Of a stretch of DNA of 64,000 nt, positions 37,161 to 48,000 are shown piece by piece. A program made the translations under genes and the position numbers. Numbering within the stretch: position 1 is the stretch's first letter; each line of letters starts with the position of its first letter. Source of the stretch: Haliotis rufescens (lineage: Eukaryota); NCBI RefSeq assembly GCF_023055435.1, contig NW_025964334.1:46686001-46750000 (forward strand). Direction: 5' to 3'. Below the pieces are notes generated by a model, which did not search any database, was not told the DNA's origin, and saw only the letters and a program-made list of their open reading frames with translations.

Positions 37161-38554
37161 AAACAGATGACCTTCATCTTGAACATGTATTGTTCCATGT
37201 GTACCATATGGAACCTGGGTCAATGACATTGATGTGCGCCAATTTTGAGGATCGGGGACCATGTGTAATCATTCATATGATACATAAAATGCCCTCAGCC
37301 CACATCCTAGTTGTTTCGAGCGCTTTGCCGCCTCACATTTACGGTATTTAGTTTGGTGCCTACACTTGTATTTGGTCTAAGATTCGCCCCTGACGTATCT
37401 CTTTGTGTGGTTAGTTGTTGCAGGGCGCCAGGCCCCGTGCCTTGTTTGTTATAGGTTTGAGAAAACGGGGGCATGGGCCATGGGGAACCTTTGCGGACAC
37501 AACTTTGCACAGCACTACAGACGTTTGTGTTTGTTGCAGATAATGATCGGAGGGAGAACATCACATGGTCATGAGGAAACGTCAACCGTCAAAGACGTGT
37601 ATTTTAATCAACAAATGAATGATTGAAAATGCACGTGAGATGCATCAGTGCACGGCGCCTGCTGCCTTATTTGTTATGGTAGGACAGACGAACTAATTTT
37701 AAAAGTAACTTTATCTTTGTCTCACATGTGTATGATAATATGCGTACGTACGAAATAAATAATTATATAAATATATTTAAAAACATTCCTAACTGTAGAT
37801 TAGTACACTAAACATGTTTATGTTATTCGACAACAGTCATAACATGGAGCCCTGTCCTGTCCTTAACTAGTTTGTCTGCCTTGCCCCATACAGCATTTCG
37901 CTGCAGTGAAACGTTGACCCATTTTCTTGAAGCGGGTCTGTCTGTCGAGAGGAACGGAGACAGGCCTACAGCATATCGCTATGCGCGAAACGTCTACCTG
38001 TCAAGGAGGTCGGGCCTATAGAATATTGCTATGTCTGCGGGAAACATTGACCCAGTTTCCTTGTAGGATATATTAGCACCTTTGGACAGTGTTGAATAAT
38101 TGACGTGTCAGGCTACAGGAGTAAACATATTACCATTAGGGAGGTAACTCTCAAAGAGAAGTATGATTCATGTATAAAAAATAACGAACTCCACATGCTA
38201 CCACAGCTACCACATGCAAATTACCATTTGTTTCTTCTTCTAGGCTACACATGTATGTTTTATGACAGTATAGGTACTTGCATCAATAGGTAGGTACGCT
38301 ACAACATTTCTTTGCGCCGTGTTGATCCTCTGGATCAAAGTTATCTTGCATGTTCAGTGGAAGACTCCCCCAATGGCCCATCACGCTGGTCCAGAGGATA
38401 TATACAGTGTGACCTAAAGGTGTTATGGTGTGACGTGTTGAGCATAGTTTGCACTTTCCCCTTTTGTTCTGAGGCAGGCAGTTCAAGGTGTTGGCTTTGG
38501 GCATAGGTGGCACGGGTAGACACAGGTTTCAAATGGTGAAGACAATGCATGGCA

Positions 38555-39460
38555 GTCTCCAATCACTGATCGCCACGATTTGTCAAACATTCATTCGCTC
38601 GACGGGGCATACTGCGTATCAGTTTCCCAATGGCGATTTGAGGGAGGCTGTTCCACTCAACCTGCAGCACCTGGCCTAGTTCAGCCAACATGGTCGGCGG
38701 CCTATGACGTTGACGCACACGTCTCCCTGTCATATCCCAGACGTGTTCAATGGGTGGAAGGTCTGATCTCATTGCTGGCCCTGGCATGCTATTGATGTGC
38801 TGCTGGAGATGAGCACTTGACGATTCGTGCAAGGTGTACACGGGCGTTGACGTCCTGAAAGATAAATCGTCGACCCACACGCCTTACAAACGAGACAACA
38901 AAGGGTGTCAGTATGTTGTCCCAGTAGTACTGTCCAGTGACCCTTTCCTGCCCAATATGGAGTGGGGTTCGCTCAGTCATAGTGATGCCACCCCACACCA
39001 TAACCGATCTGCCGCCAAATCTGTCACGAGGTCTCACGTTGACATTGGCTTGACGTTCATTGATATCTGTTGGCAATATAACGAGTTGTAAGGTGCGGCA
39101 TATAACGTAGCCGTCGAGCATGGGGATGAGCTGCATGTAGACGATTTCAAATCGTCAGACCCGCAATTCGTACTTCACTCGCCTGATGAAAGTTTGCAGC
39201 AATTCGATTCCCCGTTTGGACTCGATTTCGTAGAGCGTGGTTACGGATCAATCGATCTAGTACTCTTGACGTTGACCTTGGACGCCCTGAATGGAGACGG
39301 GGTCCATCGTCAACATTTGGGGTTTGTTGGTACCTGTTCCATAGTCTGCTAATCGTATACTGTGAAACATTGAACGCATTGGTCACGGCACGCTGACTTC
39401 TGCCAGTTTCCAGCATGCCAATATCCCGCAGGCGCTACGCGCGCTTCAGACGCCACATCG
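38555..39460 (-). mobile_element. Degenerate Tc1 transposase
   Basis: MLETGRSQRAV HTH; GRPRSTS; FGGRSVMVWGGI; FQDVNARVH; SDLPPIEHVWD. Confidence 0.9.
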
Positions 39461-39744
39461 CTAGTTCGTACTCACACATTGAATGAAATCAATGAAATCA
39501 CAACTGTATGGTAAGCAGAACCAATAAGATTGACAGAAATATGTTTGTTTGATGCATCAAATTTATCAAAATTGTAAATTGTCCTTACTGTTCTGGTAAT
39601 AAATACCCTCAGCTCAGCTTGTCAGTGGTTGATTTTCTTCAATCTGACATTGAAATCCCCATTAATAACAGGCTTAAGACATCGGAGCATGTGAAATGAC
39701 ATGAGTGAAAGCTAAACATGTCACGTGGCCCCCATCTTCATGCC

Positions 39745-40070
39745 CTGGACGCCGGGATATGACTCTGTATCTTCAAGGAAGCTTAAACACAACTCGCTCA
39801 TTCACTCATGACTTGGACGCCGGGATATGACTGGAATACTGTTCAAGGAAGCGTTAAACCACGGACGTACATACAATATATATATACGTATATACGTCTT
39901 TGGTTAAACACAACTCGCTCACTCACTCATGCCTTTGACGCCGTGATATGACTGGAATACTGTTCAAGGAAGCGTTAAACAAAACTCGCTCACTCACTCA
40001 TGCCTTTGACGCCGTGATATGACTGGAATACTGTTCAAAGCAGCGTTAAACGCACTTACCCATGCCTTGG
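39745..40070. repeat. Tandem array of ~71-bp SINE 3'-tail units (4 copies)
   Basis: GACGCCGTGATATGACTGGAATACTGTTCAAGGAAGCGTTAAAC..ACTCGCTCACTCACTCATGCCTTT repeated. Confidence 0.85.
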
Positions 40071-40334
40071 ACCAAGGAATCGGTGTATCTGGGATCACAC
40101 TAAGAAACAGTTCAATTGATGTACATGTAGATTTATTTCCTTTAGTGTTGAAGCACATGGCCCTTGCTACATCTTCTTAATGTGTACTTGAATGGAACTT
40201 GACATGCACATGACTCTTCTATTCTCTTCTCATCCTCTATTCTGTACATGTGCATCTACCATGATTTACTGCTAGACTTGCAACACGGCTCTTGCTACAT
40301 CATCTTTCCTACACACGTGCATCTACTTTGCAAT

Positions 40335-40530
40335 GGTGGCCCATTCGTCTACGGCGCCGCAATTCGCTGTACAGAGTTACGTCTCTTGGGAACGCCAGCA
40401 ACCTATGATCGTGGGTTCGAATCCCCGTTCGCCCTGATTGTGTTTCTGGGTTTGTCACCACCATACCTGTGATCGTGGGGCTCACAGAAGTGGTAAACCC
40501 CTTAGACCTGCATCACTTCGGGCTTACTCC
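40335..40530 (+). mobile_element. Truncated tRNA-Leu-like SINE; other fragments at 31990-32220 and 49130-49370
   Basis: GGTGGCCCATTCGTCTACGGCGCC...GTGGGTTCGAATCCC...AGACCTGCATCACTTCGGGC. Confidence 0.8.
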
Positions 40531-41970
40531 CAAACTGCTACATCCTCTATTCTATACACGTGCATCTACCTTGCGATAATACATGACTTGCACACGGCTG
40601 TTATTACATTCTCTATGCTACACACGTGTCTACTATATGCAAGGGCAGAGGTGGGTGTCGGCTGTGAGTTTAAATCGAACACTTCCATGTCGCCTTGATA
40701 CAAGCAGTTATATTGCTGAGTGCCACACGTTACTCGTATTGAAAGGTTTTACAGATCGTTCATACATATATGTGTATGGTTTTTTTTATCTAACAGGCGA
40801 CTATGACTTGGCCTTTCGACCTCTGCTGATGTCATACGCGATGTATGTCAGGGGGTGGGAACCATTAATACCGCAACTGGAAATCAGTCGTGAGTCTAAA
40901 GTGATCACTTTGTATGACGTTGGTCTTAGTTTTTGACCTGGGTCAGCCCTGGCTATTGACCTGGGTCAGTCCTGGTTGTGTACAGCTGTACCTGCGTCTC
41001 ACGTTACAAGTCGTGGAAGACATGTAGGACAGGGCATCCAGGAATATACATGTAATTGGCGTTGTATAAGATACACCCATTAGCTCAGATATTCTGTTAT
41101 ACCTCCTCACAAAAAAATACCCCAAATAAAACACATACAAAAATCAAAGAAAACTTCCACGCAAATGAAGAAGAATGATGATGATGAGGAGGGGGGGGGG
41201 GGGGGGGGGGGGAAGGGGGAGGAGGAGGATAACAACATGATGAACGAGAGTGATTAAAGCTACTTTGCGCGCGTTGTCTTCATGAATAGAATGCGGTGTG
41301 ATGCCAGTTAGTGGTTTCTAAACAATACATACATGGTTGGAGTAGTGTTTTCATCAGACAGTATAGACAGGCCTGTGTCTGTCAGGACCACTCGGTGACA
41401 TGGAAGTACATCATACACAATGTTCCATTCCAAAATAAGAATGAAATCAAAGTCACATTCATCGAGGCAATAAGATATATAGGGATGTTGTTATTAGTAC
41501 ATATATACTGTATGTGTACGTCATATTTTATGTGTGTTTAAAAAAATAATAATCACAAACACTATATGTAAACCCAGTAAACCATTACAAATAACCTTAC
41601 TTTAACCAACCAACATGTTATCACAGTAGGAATAGCGCATACAAAATATGTCATCAGATGTAATAAAAAAGGGATTGGGGTGGGGGATGGCCACCCCAGA
41701 ACCTTCCCGACCCCACTCTGGACCTGCCTGCCACTGATTCAGCCAACTGAAAAATGTCATATGCCATGGGTACAATTTGAAAGTTACAAACATATCGACC
41801 AGACATCTTGGGTTCGAGTAATCGAACACATAAGTCTAGTTATTGAACTCATCATACGATTTACAACAAACTGTAAGTTAGATCGAGGATCAATCAAACT
41901 TGTTACGAACATCAGATCGACATGCTTGGGAAAAGGTACCAAACTTAATCACGTCGATAAGAAATGTGAA

Positions 41971-42020
41971 ATCACGTGATCTATATCGCCCAGTTTTGTC
42001 ACATGATCACAAGATGGCGG
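41971..42020 (+). promoter_or_regulatory. Proximal promoter: E-boxes TCACGTGA and GTCACATGA, YY1-type AAGATGGCGG over the start codon
   Basis: Motifs at 41972-41979, 41998-42006 and 42011-42020. Confidence 0.5.
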
Positions 42021-45000
42021 GTCCGACTGTTGTGAAGAAGATCGTCTCGACTAAATTTGAAACAGATGACTTTCCACCTGGATTACAGTGGTTTTCACCG
42101 CCGAAAAGCTACCAGTCCAAAGCTAACAATGGATCAGGGCTCAAACTCAACATGGTAGGAAGCCGCCATTGTCAAACTCTACACCGCGTATATTAATCAA
42201 CCGACGTCCCTTAGTTGCATACTGCAGCGTTGCACTGACAGCTGATTAAACTTAAGCCTACATAAGGCACACCGGTTCATTCTCAGTCTGCCTACATCTC
42301 AGTCTGCCTACACTGAAAATTAAAGTGTAGGCACAATGAGAACACCCCTATTTCAATAATAACAGTGTCCAGACTGTTAGACAAACAACAAAGAATGTGT
42401 AATATTTAATGTTATTTAATAGCAAAAACTTTGTGTTGAGAAATTGGGCCCAGATCTATCAATAGTTAGAGGACTCCTGACTTCATTGTAAATCTGCTGT
42501 ATGGGCTTGATATCTTCTTTGACTCGGCTCCGTAGATTACTCATGAGGCGTAAGGTTGAGTCGTCTCCAAAAACTTTGTGGTTGTGAGGGGATGAATTTC
42601 GAACAAATTGACCAACTGTGCTAATTTTGCCAAGACAGTTAGCCAAGACACACTTCCAGTGAGTTGCAGTCTGTCGGCGGTTGTTCAGGCGATACCTGAA
42701 GCCTCCAAACAAGACTTGCTGTCCTCCAGCCTGAGAAGTGATGAACTCAACTTTCTGTAACGCAGCCATCATAACACTGTCACCAAAGTTTTACACACAC
42801 CTTTTATACTATTTCAGGGTTTTTAGAATAAAATGCTCCTTGAGCACGATTCTGTCTTTGCTAGGACCTATCATCATATCTCCCCTACGTACCGAGTGAT
42901 ATGATATAAGTGACTGAATCAAGCTATAGCAGCTAATGGGTTATAGGCAGTGACAGATGACTTGGTGAAAATTCCGGGACTTGTGCTCGTTAAATGTTGA
43001 AATGAATACTGCATGCATCATGACCTTTGTGTGCACAAATATGTGCCGAAATGCTCACTGATAAGATATGCATGTTGACATGACAGTGATGTACAAGTAT
43101 AAGTTATTTTCTTGCAGGATCCCCTAACAGACTTCTGGCAGAGGTGAGTTAGAGGGAAACAACACTCCAACTCAATAGTCTAGCCTGCACCATTTTAATT
43201 AGCCCTCGTAATCAGTAGATACCAATTAGCGTCAGCGACCCATCAAACTGGGCTTTGGACAAGCCCGTTGACAGTAAGGTGGAATCACCTTGAATCCTCG
43301 CATTTAATTGGATGATGATAATATAATCTTGCAAAATTTGATTACGTGTGTAAATGTGTATTCACAGTTATGTAGTTGAGCATACAGCAAATACTTGTAC
43401 GTATTATTTTTGCAACAATGAAGTTAAGTTCATATAGAATCTACTCAAAACAGCAATGACCCTTATTTTTCAGGCAAATTGTGTATTAATAAAAGCAACA
43501 AAACCCTTTCCAAATTCATAAAGAATCTCTGCCAAAAACAGAGTCAATTGTAAGATTCTGACTATCATCAGCATGGGTTTATGAATCACTACCAAACAGT
43601 GATGATACCAGGTGTTCGCAAAATACAACAATAACTACTCCCTTCTTGTCATCCATGTTGCATAGGGCGGTCGGGTAGCCTAGTGGTTAAAGCGTTCACT
43701 CGTCACGCCGAAGACCCGGGTTCGATTCCCGACATGGGTACAATGTGTGAAGCCCATTTCTGGTGTCCCCCGCCGTGATATTGCTGGAATATTGCTAAAA
43801 GCGGCGTAAAACCATGCTCACTAACTCACTCACTCCATGTTGCATGTTAAAACTCTACACCTGGCTATTTGTCGTCATTCACTTGATGGTCAGTTAATGA
43901 CTTTATTACAGGTGTAATTAGTGGTAGGACCATTCAGTTTACCTGGAAAGGTATTTGGCATTTCTCTTGTCAGGGGTAGTTATTCAATCTAAAATTGGGC
44001 TGTAAATCCAGGTCTGATATGGTGAATGAATTACATGTTATGTAATATGCACATGGCAGCAAGGGAGGAATGGTCTGTTGAGTTACTAAAAAATGCACCA
44101 ACCAAAGGATTAACCAATATTATGTTGACTGACTAATCACTGTTATCTAGCACAGTGGATTTGTCAAAATTAAGTGTTAATACATGAAGGTTTACTAAAG
44201 CAGACAGAATACGCCCATATCTGGGAGTGAAGTACCTGTGTAAAAACAATATACCGTATTCGACGTAATAAGCGCCCCGCTCTAATAAGCGCCCATGGCG
44301 ATATTTGCTAATATATTGGCTAGTGAACAATCCTAATGAGCACCCCTTCCGATTGGTCAATGCACAAAAGACTTATTTATTCGCGTATAATACGCACTCG
44401 TGTGTTTTTGCACCCTTAATTATGGACATCTAAATTCTGGAAAAATATATCTGTCGTATATAAATATTTCAGGCTGTCAGCATAAACCACAAAATTTATC
44501 TTTTAACTCTGTATTTTTCACCAAAATAATATTCTAATAAGAGCCCCCTATTTCTAATTTTGATAGCGCCCTGGGCACATATTACGTCGAATATGGTACT
44601 TTGTTTAAAGGATTTAGCCGATAATACATTGATTGTTTGCTTATTTTATCTGACTCAATGGATTTTTTTTAAAGAGCCGCAGACATCATGCACATACATG
44701 TGACATGTGCCATCTCTGCTGACCAATGAGACATATGACACCTTTTTGAAACACATGAAACAAACTTACATGATCAGATAGGAGACAAAGACAGGTTATT
44801 ATATCCTGAATTGCTACATATATTTTAAAATATTACATTGTTACAAAGATGTGACATCGAACAAGTGTCTTTGTACAGCTTCAGCTGTATGGACTATTGG
44901 TCCTTTATGTGGATATTGACGGATACATTCCTCGAACAAGGGAACTGCCTAATATTTTCATGTGAATTTTGTTGATGTTTGCATTTTGTTTTCATTTATT

Positions 45001-48000
45001 TGCTGTAGCAACAACGAGAGAGGCCTCCACTGTGACTGATCAAATTGTTAAATGTAAAACATATCCGGCAATTGTAAGATATCAGTTGTTCCAAAATGCT
45101 ATGCTTATGGTTATTATTATTTTAAATATATACAGTAAACATTGCAACTGAAATAACTCGATTAAATAATAAATAATAAAATAATAGTTTCAGATACAAT
45201 TTATCCGATCGTTGCATCAAAATTCTTTGAAGTTATATTTATTGGGTATTTTGTTACCAAATCACCGGTTGATTGGGAGAAAATATGCGTAGAGCTGATT
45301 GCTATTTCTGGCTTAGTTTTTTAGAAAATAAACGTTAACAATGGAATATATAATGCACTAAATGTAAATGTTTAAACAAGTATTATAGTTAAAATGGATA
45401 GAATTTTCATAAAAAACAATGCAAATGTAACTTGATAGCAGTCCACTTTCCCCTAACGACGGGCTGCTTAGCAATCTATCCAATGACGTCACGTTTCTTG
45501 TTTGTGACGTCATCCTATATTATGTTCTGGAACGTTGCTATTTGTAACTCAGTGACCTCCCCTGTAAGCTTTTTTTCTCTATACTATTAAAATCACAAAT
45601 ATAGTTTCTATAAACATTAATGTCTTGTAATGCGCATCACAATTAATGATATTAAAACACAAAACAGTGTCGATTAAGGAATTTCTATACCCGAATTTGA
45701 CAAAATTATAGTCCATAATAAGCAAATTTTGAATCCACGAAGAAAAAGCCAATCCATATTTCAATACTTTCAAAGTTGTTGTGTGGTTTCCCTTTAACTA
45801 GCCTAAAGCATGACTGTATGGCAGAGTTGGCTGTATCTACAATTCGAAACAAAGTGCCCTTTGCAGGCAAATTATTTTGTAAAGGTTAGGGATATTGTTG
45901 TATGTTACTATTTTCTTAAACATGTATGGATTTTCTTAGCCTTGTCATCAAAACGTCCTGGCTCAAATGTTTTTATTCCTGTTTTTGTCAACTTTTTTCA
46001 AATTGAATATGTCCACAGTGTGTATGTGTATGTGGCTATACATGCACATTGTTTCCTGTTTTACAAATTTGGTTGGTAAGGAGGGAGATATACTTGCATA
46101 GAGATGCTTTGAGAGTCAGAAATGTATCACAGATATGCCTGGGACAATCTCATTATAATCAAATCTTTTATTATGATAACAATCCCTCCATAGAACATCT
46201 TCCTGAGGTAAGGGAGTTAACTGACTAGGTATATCCTGAGTCCAGTTTCCACCCTTGCCAAACTAGGCTGGAATTAAGGACTAACGAGTCTATGCATAGT
46301 CCAGTCAAAATCGCGTCATGAACTCAACATCGCGCTTTGTAAGCTGCCATGCAGAATTTGGTTGATTGCAGGATTTTCAAAGCATATGTACCGCAAACTC
46401 GGGATTAACGGATATTTCCCAAATATTTTCATGTTTTTAAACAAGGTGCTAGTTCGGCAAAGGTGGAATTGGTATTATAGTCAGTTGACTCCCTTGCCTC
46501 TTCTAATTTCTCTAAACAAGTGACCAGCATATCTGATTTCTATAACTTGAAAATGAAGCTAATTGATCAGTGCTACATGTAAATAATAAAGGCTGAGCCA
46601 TGTATTTTCTGGACATTATGGTACCATGGCATGAACACCAAAAGCGAATACCATCAAAGGAATATTTGTCTTCTGTGAGGCTTATCTCTTATTAAAATCA
46701 CATTTCCCGGAATGCAGTGGAAAAGAAATGAAGCCGAATCATTTTCGAAAGCAGACATCTGATTGGCTCAAGAACTCACTCATCCTTAATTCAGACTGAG
46801 CAGACTAAGTTCACTCATGGTTCTGATGTGACCTATGGAAGTTGTCTGACAGGTATTGCATTGGAGTAAGATACATGATTGTAATGATCCTGGTGTCTAG
46901 GAACTCAAGAATTACACATACCATCTCTTCACATTAAAAAGCTTTCCAAGACATTTTCTGAATTCTCTTTTAGTTTTTTTATATTCAGTAGGTAAATAAT
47001 CCTTTTTCAGAACATACTATGTTCCTGAGCTACGAAACGATAATGGTCACTTCCTGTACACAGTGATAAAAGAAGACAAGGTGTATGTGGAGACCGAGTT
47101 TGAGGTGCTGAGTACCAACAAGTTTGACCAGGTAATGCGGGGCTCGAGATAAGCTGCATATCTGTGTGAAATATGCAAAATAAATCCCTGTTACCTTAAT
47201 AATTCTGAGCTGCTTGCATACCAATACTCAGAGAGAAAAGTTAAAACTTCAATATATTATCACAACACTGTAATTTACCGTAATACCCAATAAAGCCTTT
47301 TCTGTTATCATTACGCAATATTTATACTGTTTTGTTGTACCAAAACACCCGTTGTGTATGTTTGCATCTTCTTGTTTACCCTTTTATTTAGACTAACATC
47401 TCGTCTCTGAAATGAACAATTCGTACAGAAAAAAACAGTTGTTCAATTATCTTAATACAAATATAATAAAAGGGAGCCCAGAGACTCTCTTCATTTTCAG
47501 AAACTGAAACTGCAGTAATCTAGACTTGCCAAACATTATAGACTTGTATGGGCTGTATTTGATATATATTTGTATCAGGGTCTGTAAGACAGACTACCTT
47601 TTATTATTATTATATAGAGTCTCATGGAGCCTTGTGACTTTAACTTTGATGCTGCATGCATCCAGTAAATCCTGGCTGACTCTATCTGTTGTCAAGTGTT
47701 GTGGCTGACTCTATCTGTTGTCAAGTGTTGTGGCTGACTCTGTCTGTTGTCAAGTGTTGTAAACTGACTCTATCCATTGTCGAGTGTTGTGGCTGACTCT
47801 ATCTGTTGTCAAGTGTTGTGGCTGACTCTTTCTGTTGTCAAGTGTTGTGGCTGACTCTATCTGTTGTCAAGTGTTGTGGCTGACTCTGTCTGTTGTCAAG
47901 TGTTGTGGCTGACTCTGTCTGTTGTCAAGTGTTGTAGACTGACTCTATCCGTTGTCAAGTGTTGTGGCTGACTCTATCTGTTGTCAAGTGTTGAGGCTGA

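Noticed and set aside
43664-43740. tRNA gene candidates (also 61257-61365)
   Set aside because: No acceptor stem; they continue into SINE bodies with (ACTC)n tails and TSDs.
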